Of a DNA stretch of 64,000 nt, positions 50,128 to 59,744 are shown piece after piece (positions within the stretch are counted from its first letter, which is position 1; each line of letters starts with the position of its first letter). Made by a program: the position numbers and the translations under genes. The notes under the pieces are model-generated. The model worked only from the letters and a program-made list of their open reading frames with translations, made no database searches and was not told where the DNA came from. The stretch comes from an uncultured virus (IMG/VR IMGVR_UViG_2568526354_000007) (Duplodnaviria > Heunggongvirae > Uroviricota > Caudoviricetes), in the IMG/VR virus record IMGVR_UViG_2568526354_000007, one strand, 5' to 3'.

Positions 50128-50672
50128 AAAAGTCAGGGGTTAGGTTATGGAGACAAAAATAGCCCGCGGAAAGCGGGCTATAAAGGACAGGTCAGGAGAA
50201 CCAGAGCGTTAAGAGGATGATACCGGCGATAATGGATATACTTTTACCAGTTGCATTCCTACTTCTTCTTACAATAGCGGTCTCGACAGTGACAAAACCT
50301 ATAATAATACAAAAGTCTATCATAGTTCTTCTCTTATTCAGGTAATAAAATCCGAATTAACTCACGAAGCTGCATTGCTGCACGTTCTTTTTCTATCGGT
50401 GATGTGCCTTCGGATAATAGGATATCAACGAGGGTTAATGCTTTCTTCTTATTCATGGCATTCTCCTTTCTTTTCTTTCTCAATTTGGTTAATAAGATTA
50501 CGTATAGCGATTAATCTGTCATAGGAGATTTCGCAGAGCTGCTCACCATCGGCAAAAACGTTATAATAGATATTTGGTGTATTCTTTCCTTCATGAAGAA
50601 CAGTGCACTTTTCGATCCAGGCTTCTTCTTTTATTCGTCCCATTTCGTACCTCCTTTCTTAGTTTTGATAAC
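50113..50672. repeat. ~560-bp direct repeat, copy 1 (contains promoter copy 6 at 50154-50189 and three small ORFs)
   Basis: Near-identical, with scattered substitutions, to 51231-51790. Confidence 0.92.
50449..50643 (-). CDS. Small hypothetical protein
   Basis: 64 aa, GGAGG-coupled; degenerate second copy at ~51568-51760. Confidence 0.55.
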   Translation of the reverse strand: MGRIKEEAWIEKCTVLHEGKNTPNIYYNVFADGEQLCEISYDRLIAIRNLINQIEKEKKGECHE

Positions 50673-50885
50673 ACAATAAATGGCTGCAAGAATGCATGGA
50701 GGAAAGATGAACGTAGCACAAAGGCAAGCAATGGCACTGACATAGTAAGCGTCAGAGGAGGTTTTAACTTTGCAATCGGATGGGATAAAATCATCAATTG
50801 CGGAGTTGGACTGATGAGGGACTGTGGTGGGTTCCGGTGTGCGGAACTGAGGCACAAAAAGGGTGCCGGTGGATTTTTTTTTCAT
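50631..50885 (-). CDS. Small TM protein, first gene behind the antisense switch (B)
   Basis: Homologous to 13740-13991. Confidence 0.7.
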   Translation of the reverse strand: MKKKSTGTLFVPQFRTPEPTTVPHQSNSAIDDFIPSDCKVKTSSDAYYVSAIACLCATFIFPPCILAAIYCVIKTKKGGTKWDE

Positions 50886-50941
50886 ACTTACTGATTGTTT
50901 CGCATTTTAGTTGAGAACCGCTCAACCATCGGGACGCAGAA

Positions 50942-51018
50942 ACGGCTGCCATCTCCCGTGTCGCGAAACAATCAGTAAGATTACTCCAAGAGCAAAATTA
51001 CAAGGGAAAGGCAGCCGT
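50942..51018 (-). ncRNA. Putative c4/CI-like antisense RNA (B)
   Basis: Stem 50942-50957/51004-51018 encloses 50963-50979 (complementary to 50887-50903 and 51121-51134) and 50986-50993 (complementary to 51102-51109). Confidence 0.65.
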
Positions 51019-51230
51019 ATTGGTTGCTTTTAATAAAAGCTTCTACATATATCTAATGGACATAAAAAAAGCCCATCTTTATTCGTTGAGCGTCTTGCAT
51101 CGCTCTTGGTGATAAACATCACTGATTATTTCGCACTGCAAATATGGATATAATATTTGAGAGTGCAAAGAGAAAATTGTATTTTTATCATAAAATGTAG
51201 CAACATGAATAATATGGATACAGTCGGTGA

Positions 51231-51790
51231 GTTGTATATCTCCATGAAAGTCAGGGGTTAGGTTATGGAGACAAAAATAGCCCGCGGAAAGCGGGCTATA
51301 AAGGACAGGTCAGGAGAACCAAAGCGTTAAGAGGATGATAGCGGAGATAATGGATATACTTTTACCAGTTGCATTCCTACTTCTTCTTACAATAGTGGTC
51401 TCGACAGTGACAAAACCTATAATAATACAAAAGTCTATCATAGTTCTTCTCTTATTCGGGTAATAAAATCCGAATTAACTCACGAAGCTGCATTGCTGCA
51501 CGTTCTTTTTCTATCGGTGATGTGCCTTCGGATAATAGGACATCGACGAGGGCTAATGCTTCCTCCTTATTCATGGCATTCTCCTTTCTTTTCTTTCTCA
51601 ATTTGGTTAATAAGATTACGTATAGCGATTAATCTGTCATAGGAGATTTTGCAGAGCTGCTTAACATCGGCAAAAACGTTATAATAGATATTGGGTGTGG
51701 CCTTTCCTTCATGAAGTACAGTACACTTTTCGACCCAAGCTTCTTCTTTTATTCATTCCATTTCCTACCTCCTTTCTTAGCTTTGATAAC
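51231..51790. repeat. ~560-bp direct repeat, copy 2 (contains promoter copy 7 at 51272-51307)
   Basis: Matches 50113-50672; keeps only the first 5 codons (MEIYN) of the tail gene. Confidence 0.92.
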
Positions 51791-52036
51791 GAATAATCTA
51801 CCTATATTGAATGGATCATCACGGCTTTTTTGTAATTTTGCAGTTGGATTGAGATAACTCGTTCCTAGACATATTGCTCGATAGCTTCACAATCACCACC
51901 ACAAATAAAGAGCAACAACTAATATTGGGACTTCCCCGAATATGGGCGCAGACTTCCCATATTTAGTTGTGGTTTGTGGTAAACCGTGAAGCGTATGGCA
52001 AATGTCTGCGCTTTTTATTATAAAAAAATAATAGAT

Positions 52037-52471
52037 ATGACTAAAATTACTAACACTCATGTTTTAGACAAGGCAAAATTGTCTGTATTGCTGTTAATTA
52101 TAATGTTTACGAATTCTTTGGCTTTTGCTCAAAGTGAACCAGAGACAGCAAAGCCTTTGACCGATATGGAAGTTGTACGTAAAGTAGCATTTCTTGATAT
52201 TGAAGGAAAATATTATGAAGATGTTACGATGTCTTTCAAGTCAATAACTCCTGACTATTTTATATCAGATAAATATAAAGTCAAAGTAAAAGTCGTTGAT
52301 AAAAATGGAAAATCTATATATAAAAAGACTTTGAAAAATGTTTTTCTATATGTGTTTTCAAATGGTCAAATACAAGTGGGGAAAAAGAATTTTGACCAAA
52401 TAGTCGTGTCAAAATCAAAAGAGACAGATGAAAATATAGGTATAATTAGGGAAAAAGAAGGAGTTTATTAG
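52037..52471 (+). CDS. Secreted hypothetical protein (moron)
   Basis: Signal-like LSVLLLIIMFTNSLAFA; AT-rich. Confidence 0.65.
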   Translation: MTKITNTHVLDKAKLSVLLLIIMFTNSLAFAQSEPETAKPLTDMEVVRKVAFLDIEGKYYEDVTMSFKSITPDYFISDKYKVKVKVVDKNGKSIYKKTLKNVFLYVFSNGQIQVGKKNFDQIVVSKSKETDENIGIIREKEGVY

Positions 52472-52484
52472 TCGTTTTTATAAA

Positions 52485-53549
52485 ATGAAATATTTACATA
52501 CTTATCAGCATTTTGCTCTTAATACCGATAATTGCATCGTTGATATAAAGAATGTAGATTATTCAAATGAACAATATTTTTGCCCTTATTGTCACAATGA
52601 GATGATAGCTAAACGTGGAAATATCCGCCAATGGCATTTTGCGCATAAGGCTGACAAATGTTCTTATGACAAATATCTACATTCCATTGCTGAGATAATG
52701 ATAATGAATTGGTTTAATCAGAAAGAGCATATCATGTTATCTATGGATAATTATGAAAAGTGCGTCAAGTATGATAATTGTGTTTTCCATGACGAGAAAA
52801 ACTGTAAGAGGGCAAAGAGAGTGCAATTTGATTTAAAGACTTATTATTCAAGATGCATCCAAGAACATAGGTGTAAAGACTTTATAGCCGATTTGTATTG
52901 TGAAAACAAGACTAATCCTAATTTGCCTATTTTTATTGAAGTATTTGTAACACATGAATGCAGTCAAGAAAAGAAAAAATCAGGCATTCGTATTATTGAA
53001 CTTAGTATTCAGTCAGAAGAAGATATTCTGGATATTGTAAATTCTACAAATTTAAATGAATGTGAAAAGGTTAAGTTGTACAACTTTAAACGTAATGAAA
53101 TTTTATCAGAAAACTTTACACGACCTTTCCAAAAATATATCTTACATCATACTTTGAAAAGCTATGTTGAACGAGATACGTTTACCTGTAGGAATTACAA
53201 CCACCACAGAAAAGGAATCTATGAAATAAGTATGCCATATGATGATTGCATACCATATTTTTTCAATAGTGGTGGTTTATATACGATTGGAAAAGTTAAA
53301 GCGTATCTTGATGGGTATTTAAAAAAAGATTGCCAATTATGTAAATGGCAAGCAGAAGATATGAGTGGAAGTAAGTTCTGCAAATTGTATAAAAAATGTG
53401 GTAATCCAAAATATTGCAATGATAATGATGTTTCAAAATGTTCAATGTTTAGAGAGAATACACAAATGATAAATGATGCTATCTCTGATTTTAATGAATA
53501 TCAAAAAAATGATTCTGTGAATATTTGGAATATAGATACCTCATATTAA
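52485..53549 (+). CDS. CoiA-like PD-(D/E)XK nuclease-domain protein, Cys-rich
   Basis: CPYC...WHFAHK zinc-binding N-terminus, ADL...IFIEVFVTH nuclease-like motif, C-terminal CxxC cluster. Confidence 0.7.
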   Translation: MKYLHTYQHFALNTDNCIVDIKNVDYSNEQYFCPYCHNEMIAKRGNIRQWHFAHKADKCSYDKYLHSIAEIMIMNWFNQKEHIMLSMDNYEKCVKYDNCVFHDEKNCKRAKRVQFDLKTYYSRCIQEHRCKDFIADLYCENKTNPNLPIFIEVFVTHECSQEKKKSGIRIIELSIQSEEDILDIVNSTNLNECEKVKLYNFKRNEILSENFTRPFQKYILHHTLKSYVERDTFTCRNYNHHRKGIYEISMPYDDCIPYFFNSGGLYTIGKVKAYLDGYLKKDCQLCKWQAEDMSGSKFCKLYKKCGNPKYCNDNDVSKCSMFRENTQMINDAISDFNEYQKNDSVNIWNIDTSY

Positions 53550-53930
53550 TCAAGAGGCAATTACCATCCCATTCCAAAAAACACACTTGATGTTTTTCGT
53601 TTTTGGAAAAACATATTATATTTACAGTTGAAAGAGTTATTTGACAGCATAGCACCGCAAAACGCTGAAAATCGCACGGTTGCCAATTCGTTACTATTAT
53701 TTCTCAAATACTCCGCTAAATATTTATTCCTCAAAGGGTTGTGTCAAACCGTTGAAAATCTAAAATATAAAAGAGAAATCTATGGAATAGATACCATGTT
53801 TATGGTATTTTTAAGGTGAATCTTCAAAAAAAGGAATGAAATATGTTCTTATTTTACAGTAAAAAAGTAGTTTTGTGAGACAATGATAGTAACAAGATGA
53901 AGTTAGTTAAGCTCTAAAAAGGAATTTGAT

Positions 53931-54113
53931 ATGACGAAAGATAGAAAAATATTAATTCTCAAAATATGCTTAATACCAATTGTCTACTTTGTAATTAGGG
54001 AGTTGTTCAAATTAGGTATTGTGCAGAAATACGATGATTTCTTTTTGTTATTGTGTGTAGCTTTGCCGTTCATTTACGACATATGGGCTAAACGGAAAAA
54101 ATATTTTAAATAA
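53931..54113 (+). CDS. Small two-TM protein
   Basis: 60 aa, hydrophobic; hairpin terminator at 54125-54153. Confidence 0.5.
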   Translation: MTKDRKILILKICLIPIVYFVIRELFKLGIVQKYDDFFLLLCVALPFIYDIWAKRKKYFK

Positions 54114-54282
54114 TATGTAAGAGAGTAGGGGTATCAATGCTGATACCCCTACTTGTTTATTAAAAGCCGGCTACTTCATAATACTTGAAAAAGTAGTATA
54201 GACAGTTTTTTTCAATCTGCTTTTGAAATTACAGTATAAGTTAAACTTTCTTTAGCATAATGGCTGGTTTTATTATTGCATC

Positions 54283-54927
54283 TTAGTCGTAAATGTATTT
54301 TCCTGAGGCTATTTGGGTGCAAATTATAGTAAATTCCCGTAAATCGCGGATTAATCTACCATTTATTCTCACTTCTATACAATCTTTGTTTGCTGGTACT
54401 CTGAAAATACGGAATAGTATATCTATAGTTTTCCTTAATGGACCATTTATATTAAAGTCTTTATCTGTAATAGTACAAGGAATGGTCATAGTTGCGTTTA
54501 ATGGTACGTATTGTACAAAACCATCATCATCTGTTACAACACCACGTATGACTCTATATTGAGAGGCCTGTGCAAGCATCTTGGCTAAACGCTGTCTTTT
54601 TTGAGCATCAGTTTTTCCAGGCATAAGTCTTGAGCCTATTTGTATTTTAAGAGATAGTTCTATACCGTTTTTGTTCCCTGCATATATATTAGAAGACCTC
54701 GTAGCACTTTTAACAATACTATTACTTTCATCATCACATAGGGTGATAATACTGTCAGCACTTAGTGTGATATTACCAACTTCGATTTGGCCAGTTCTGA
54801 GTTCGACTCTCGATTTGGTAGGCTGAGGGAAATCAGGGAGTTCATTTTCTACTATTTCTTCTTGGTTACAAGAATATAAAATAGCACAAAATAGAAGCAT
54901 AATGCTCCATAAACATTTCTTTTTCAT
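54283..54927 (-). CDS. Lipoprotein (moron)
   Basis: Lipobox LYSC followed by acidic NQEEIVENE. Confidence 0.75.
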   Translation of the reverse strand: MKKKCLWSIMLLFCAILYSCNQEEIVENELPDFPQPTKSRVELRTGQIEVGNITLSADSIITLCDDESNSIVKSATRSSNIYAGNKNGIELSLKIQIGSRLMPGKTDAQKRQRLAKMLAQASQYRVIRGVVTDDDGFVQYVPLNATMTIPCTITDKDFNINGPLRKTIDILFRIFRVPANKDCIEVRINGRLIRDLREFTIICTQIASGKYIYD

Positions 54928-55297
54928 AATAAGTCTAATTTAGAGTTTTACAATTAGGGTAATTAAATCACTCATTCTTTTGTGTAGCAAAAATATGAAA
55001 TTAGTCTATAACTATGTTATTTATTAAGAGGGAATTAGCTTGATAGATAGGAAAATACCTATTTGTTGGTATTGATGTTCTATGATAAGAAAATGATTGC
55101 AAAACTATTTTGATTGATATCGGCAGGGAGAGGGAGGATTTCTAAATTCTTCATAATGCATCAATTTATGTTTTGATAATTGGTATTGGCAATAAAAAAG
55201 AGAGGGAGTATCGGCTTCCCTCTCTTAGCTGTGTTAATGTCATTTGACGTTTAATAGGTTTCCGATAGCTTATTTTTTATATCATTAAATGCACCTT

Positions 55298-55765
55298 CTA
55301 AAAATTGGCAACTTCATAATACTTGAAAAAGTAGTATAGAGCTACTTTGTGCCATTTGGTCAATTCCTTGTCTCCGGAAAGAATAGAAGAAACGGTACAT
55401 TTGTCAATTCCGGTGTAGTTGCTCAAATGTTTATTCTTTAATCCAAGCCGTTCCATCCGTTTCTTGATCCAGTCGAGAGTGATGCCATCAATGTCTTTAC
55501 GGTCAAAGTTTACGGCGGAAACAGTAAGTTTCCAGTCTTCAGGAATTTCATCTTTGAACATGTCCCGGACACGTTCTGTCAGTTCTTTCTTTGAAAGGAA
55601 CTTATCATTAACCAGGTCCTTTTGCTCGGCACGGACAATCAGCCGGCCTTCTGAATAGGACACAATCTCAATGGCGATATGGGCATATCGCTGATACTGC
55701 CTTGCGAACTCTTCAATACGCTTTTTACTCTCGGCAGAGAGAGGGAGGATTTCTAAATTCTTCAT
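55298..55765 (-). CDS. XRE-HTH domain protein
   Basis: C-terminal LKNKHLSNYTGIDKCTVSSILSG HTH. Confidence 0.8.
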   Translation of the reverse strand: MKNLEILPLSAESKKRIEEFARQYQRYAHIAIEIVSYSEGRLIVRAEQKDLVNDKFLSKKELTERVRDMFKDEIPEDWKLTVSAVNFDRKDIDGITLDWIKKRMERLGLKNKHLSNYTGIDKCTVSSILSGDKELTKWHKVALYYFFKYYEVANF

Positions 55766-55845
55766 AATGCATCAATTTACGTTTTGATAATCGGTATTTA
55801 AAAAAATGTTATTCGCTGTAAAGGAGGGGCTTTCGCCCCTCCGGA

Positions 55846-56181
55846 TCACAATTTGATGAGTCTCATATGAGAGATGTCGAAAATAGCGATCTGTTTATTT
55901 TCACGCCCGAATCGCTTGGCTTCTTCAAGGTTAGTGAAAATCTGGACGGAATCAAAATAGAACTCTTGGTTCTCTTCATTCAGCCATCCGCCGACCTTCT
56001 TTTCGTGCATCTCAGAATGGTTAAGAACTCTTTTCAGTCCTTCTTCTCCGAAACTGTCTTGAGTCTCGAGATAGGCGACTGAAATACCCTTTGTGACCTT
56101 TTTTAAGGTTGTGAGGTCAACCGTGAACCCATCGGGGTTCTGCTTTGCTATCGCGAGGATAGCTTCGAACAATTGTTCCAT
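55846..56181 (-). CDS. Hypothetical protein
   Basis: 111 aa; own TATATTTG box (~56229-56236) with palindrome AAAGTTTG-N7-CAAACTTT (56241-56263). Confidence 0.7.
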   Translation of the reverse strand: MEQLFEAILAIAKQNPDGFTVDLTTLKKVTKGISVAYLETQDSFGEEGLKRVLNHSEMHEKKVGGWLNEENQEFYFDSVQIFTNLEEAKRFGRENKQIAIFDISHMRLIKL

Positions 56182-56274
56182 AATATAAAGAACTTATGCG
56201 GACGTCACCCGCGTTTGTTATGACAATGCAAATATACAACAAAGTTTGCTACTAACAAACTTTATTAGAAAAAA

Positions 56275-57126
56275 TTATTTGTTCTGCATATTTTCATTCA
56301 GTTCTTGTTGTTTTCTCAGAGATTCATCCATTGTATACAGGGCATCGATCAGGAATCCTTTTTTTATTTCAGGCTTTTTGGTCATGTCTGACTGTGCGAG
56401 GGAGTCTAAAAGACGCATTTGCGAATCAAAGACACGACCATTACTCTTTCCGTTTCCGGAAAAGATACGGGGAAAGCCATTGGCAAGATAGGCCAGACTC
56501 CCTATAATGTACCAGTACATAATCATTTTTACCCTGTGGGGAAGATGGCTGAGAATGGAAGCATCTTTCTCCAGACGATTGATATTGAATGTTTTGCTTG
56601 TGTGCCATAAACAGGCCAGAACATGGTTAATTTGTTCCGGGTCCTGATTCATGACGTCAAGATAGTGTTGCAGGTGCATGAACTGTTCGAATCGAATATC
56701 GAGCAGGCCATCTTCCGGACCACGGAATTTACGGAACCGGCAAAAGAATGACCGATAGGGATTGACGGTGAGTTCCGGGTGTACATAGTATTTCATTTCG
56801 GTATCCTTTTCGCACATCAACAGAAAGTTGAAGAGTTTGGCCAGCCGATTGACTTCTTCAGGAAAAAGCAAATATTTCTTCTTGTGTGTCCGGAAAGGGA
56901 TTTTATTGCCGGGAGTCCCAATGCTGATCTTTACTTGATGGCGATAGATATCCCGATACCGGCAAACATGTGCATTGAGACAATATAGCATCATGTGTAC
57001 CTTCAGTTCTTCGATGGGAATATCGCTTTGTGTAAGATTAACCAGGTAGCTCAATTGCTTTTCGGTGAGTTCATCCCAGCTTTCCGGAACTCGGTAACAA
57101 TTATCATTTATCTGAATGGTGTGCAT
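56275..57126 (-). CDS. Conserved phage protein (B)
   Basis: Counterpart of 7304-8116. Confidence 0.7.
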   Translation of the reverse strand: MHTIQINDNCYRVPESWDELTEKQLSYLVNLTQSDIPIEELKVHMMLYCLNAHVCRYRDIYRHQVKISIGTPGNKIPFRTHKKKYLLFPEEVNRLAKLFNFLLMCEKDTEMKYYVHPELTVNPYRSFFCRFRKFRGPEDGLLDIRFEQFMHLQHYLDVMNQDPEQINHVLACLWHTSKTFNINRLEKDASILSHLPHRVKMIMYWYIIGSLAYLANGFPRIFSGNGKSNGRVFDSQMRLLDSLAQSDMTKKPEIKKGFLIDALYTMDESLRKQQELNENMQNK

Positions 57127-57130
57127 ATTG

Positions 57131-58069
57131 TTATGATATAGAGGTGAATATTCGCTTTTCTTTGGAGTTAAAGTTTATAGCAGTAACGGTTGGTGTGACT
57201 CCTAACTCCCCAGCATTTTCAGAAATGAAGTTTTGTATCTTTCCGGCGTAGTAGGTCGCTTGATCAGCAAAGAAATTACCGGTTGCTGCCTGATCCTGGT
57301 AGATGGGCCGGATAATGGGAGTAAACTCCGGTATGTCGTTGATGGTACGCTGTTCATGTGAGGTCTGTGATGTATAGAGTTCAGCGGTTTTGTTAGCGAG
57401 GTAACGGAGTATGTGCCCCAGCAGTACCTTTTCTTTAGGTGTCAGTTCTTTCCCTGCGGTATGGGCATCAAGCAGACGTTGGTATAGGTCTTCTTTGAGC
57501 ATTTCACGCACATTGCGTTCTTGCAACTGCCGGACAGTAGGTAGCATCATACGGAACGATACGGTAGAATATTCGATATTGACTAAACCGGTATCTTGAA
57601 ATTCTCTGGCATCACGGATGAAGCATGGAGAAGAATCCGTGACTTGTTTGCAGTGCTCGACGTATTCGGGGTAAGTTTCCGGATGATCAGTCAGAAAAGT
57701 GAGCAGCCGATCAAGGGCCTGCATGCCACGAAAGTAGAAGCTTTCTTTAGCGGCGGCAATTTTTGCTTCATTGGCCGGCGAGTAGGTACCTTGTTTGTTT
57801 TCGACCGTAATTCCACTATCTCCGATACGTATGCCAAGTTCCGGAGTGGCAAGCATTAGGGTGAGAGGCCCCAGGGTGCGGAGAATTTTGTCATTCAGCC
57901 TTTTATCAGTTCCGGTCAGTGCTTTTTCTACGGTTTTGATACCGATGTATGGCGTCAGATAGATATCCATTGCATCATCAATATACGGATTGATGGCTTC
58001 ATCAGGCAGTGTAGCATTGATTTTGACTACTTTCTTGAGTGTGTCGATGTCAGGGATGATAGCATTCAT
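57131..58069 (-). CDS. Putative head-tail adaptor (DUF6712-like, B)
   Basis: 312 aa after the portal; counterpart of 8126-9076. Confidence 0.6.
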   Translation of the reverse strand: MNAIIPDIDTLKKVVKINATLPDEAINPYIDDAMDIYLTPYIGIKTVEKALTGTDKRLNDKILRTLGPLTLMLATPELGIRIGDSGITVENKQGTYSPANEAKIAAAKESFYFRGMQALDRLLTFLTDHPETYPEYVEHCKQVTDSSPCFIRDAREFQDTGLVNIEYSTVSFRMMLPTVRQLQERNVREMLKEDLYQRLLDAHTAGKELTPKEKVLLGHILRYLANKTAELYTSQTSHEQRTINDIPEFTPIIRPIYQDQAATGNFFADQATYYAGKIQNFISENAGELGVTPTVTAINFNSKEKRIFTSIS

Positions 58070-59490
58070 TTTTCTTCTGTTTCTGAGGTTAAACCTGTAT
58101 TTTTAGTAGCTCCTGTCCCTTTGTCAAGCGTGGTAAGCTGACAGTTGGTGACGGAAAAGTAGATATCTTCCGGCCATCCGTTTACGGCTTTGGCAAAATA
58201 AAGGGGAGTGAGCGTGGCTTCCTGAAACATTTTCATTAAGGCTTGTTCGATGATGAACAGCTCACGGGCTTCAGTACCGTTAATACTCTTACCTTTGCCG
58301 GGAGCGGCACCAATGATGGAGGGATGTACATTCATGCCATAGCAGATGGTGTTGCTTACTTCCTCGCTGTCTTCAATGTATTCGCCACCCTTGAAGAAGG
58401 AATCTAAAGTATTTATGATGATATCCTTATCCTCAAATCCTTTTACTCGGTCATAACGAAAATGGGATACGAAGCCTTTACCTGCATTCTCTTCTCCGGC
58501 AAGAAAGTCATTCATGTCCTGAAGGAAGGTCTCCCGCCGTACAGCCTGGTCTGCTTCGTTCGTAATCTTTTCATCCGCGTATAATTTTCCCCAGAAATCC
58601 TCTTTGATGTAGACGATGTAGCGCAATGCCATTTGATTCTTGATCAAAGCCTTTTTAAAGATAGGAATGGCATTCCCAAAGTCGTACCATCCGGAAACGA
58701 ATACACTCCACCAATATGGTTTACTGTAATAGAATCGTCCGGGAGTCGCTATGCGAATGTTATGGATGAAGCGGCGGTCTTTGACGATCTCTTTTGTTCC
58801 CTTTTCATTGGGAAGCAAACCCATTCGTGTCTTTAAATCCCGCAAAGGTGCCTGGCGGTCCAGTAGTGGCGTCGCAATTACATCATCCGGCATACCTTCA
58901 TGCCATTTGGCTGAGTAACCATGATATTCACTCTTGCCGGTCCTCTCATCGATTACGCTAATACGTGAACAGGTTGCTTCCTTTGCCTTTACTTGTACCA
59001 GTCTGGGCTGAGTGTCCTGATTAAAAATATATTCGACGTATGCATCGTAGAAGATCACTAAATCATTCGCTATCTCCATCCGGATAAATGGTATGTCATT
59101 GTTTTCTATAAAATCGAATATATCCGGATATTCTTCGGGCAAGACTTCTTCTTTGATGATTTTTCGGGTTTCCTTATCCCGGTATTTACGATATACGAGG
59201 ACACTATCTCCATATACTACCTTGTTTTTAAATTCCACATTGCTGCCGACAGTTACGTTTGCCCCGATCTTCTTCATAATGTCATACATCATGTTGTTGT
59301 TCCGCCCTCTGGGAACAAACTTAATTGGAGCCGCTTTCCCTTTGGGGACTACTTCAACGGTAGAGGTCTCCCGGTCAGTTGTGATATCGCTATTATCACT
59401 GAACTTTATGATTCCTTTTCCGCCTTTGGTGACTGCATAAGTTTCATATCCTTTTTGAAATAATTGGGGCTCAGGTTGTTTCTTCTTCAT
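58066..59490 (-). CDS. Portal protein (B)
   Basis: 474 aa; FLAGEENAGK...ICYGMNVHPSIIG...GTEARE. Confidence 0.75.
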   Translation of the reverse strand: MKKKQPEPQLFQKGYETYAVTKGGKGIIKFSDNSDITTDRETSTVEVVPKGKAAPIKFVPRGRNNNMMYDIMKKIGANVTVGSNVEFKNKVVYGDSVLVYRKYRDKETRKIIKEEVLPEEYPDIFDFIENNDIPFIRMEIANDLVIFYDAYVEYIFNQDTQPRLVQVKAKEATCSRISVIDERTGKSEYHGYSAKWHEGMPDDVIATPLLDRQAPLRDLKTRMGLLPNEKGTKEIVKDRRFIHNIRIATPGRFYYSKPYWWSVFVSGWYDFGNAIPIFKKALIKNQMALRYIVYIKEDFWGKLYADEKITNEADQAVRRETFLQDMNDFLAGEENAGKGFVSHFRYDRVKGFEDKDIIINTLDSFFKGGEYIEDSEEVSNTICYGMNVHPSIIGAAPGKGKSINGTEARELFIIEQALMKMFQEATLTPLYFAKAVNGWPEDIYFSVTNCQLTTLDKGTGATKNTGLTSETEEK

Positions 59491-59744
59491 TAGAAATAAA
59501 CTTTGATGTTATTAAATCGTGTAATCAGACATCTCCGGATTTTCCTGGGAGCATACTCACCTATTTGAAGTATGTTGACAGTGCTTCCGCTACTATGAAA
59601 TGAACTAAGTACCGCACGCTCGTAGGTAATGAGTTCACCGGTACTTTTTTTGCAGAATTCAATGGAGAACTCAATGGGTTTACCCTCTTTCCGTTGCTCC
59701 ATAAGTTCCCAGACTTTACTTTGATGTATTCTGTCGCTTGGCAT
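59490..59744 (-). CDS. Conserved small phage protein (B)
   Basis: Homologue of 11124-11402. Confidence 0.7.
   Translation of the reverse strand: MPSDRIHQSKVWELMEQRKEGKPIEFSIEFCKKSTGELITYERAVLSSFHSSGSTVNILQIGEYAPRKIRRCLITRFNNIKVYF

Noticed and set aside
53560..53820. ORF 53628-53819 or remnant end of a mobilisable transposon
   Set aside because: TTG start, no motifs, and no matching second end or recombinase; cannot be supported.
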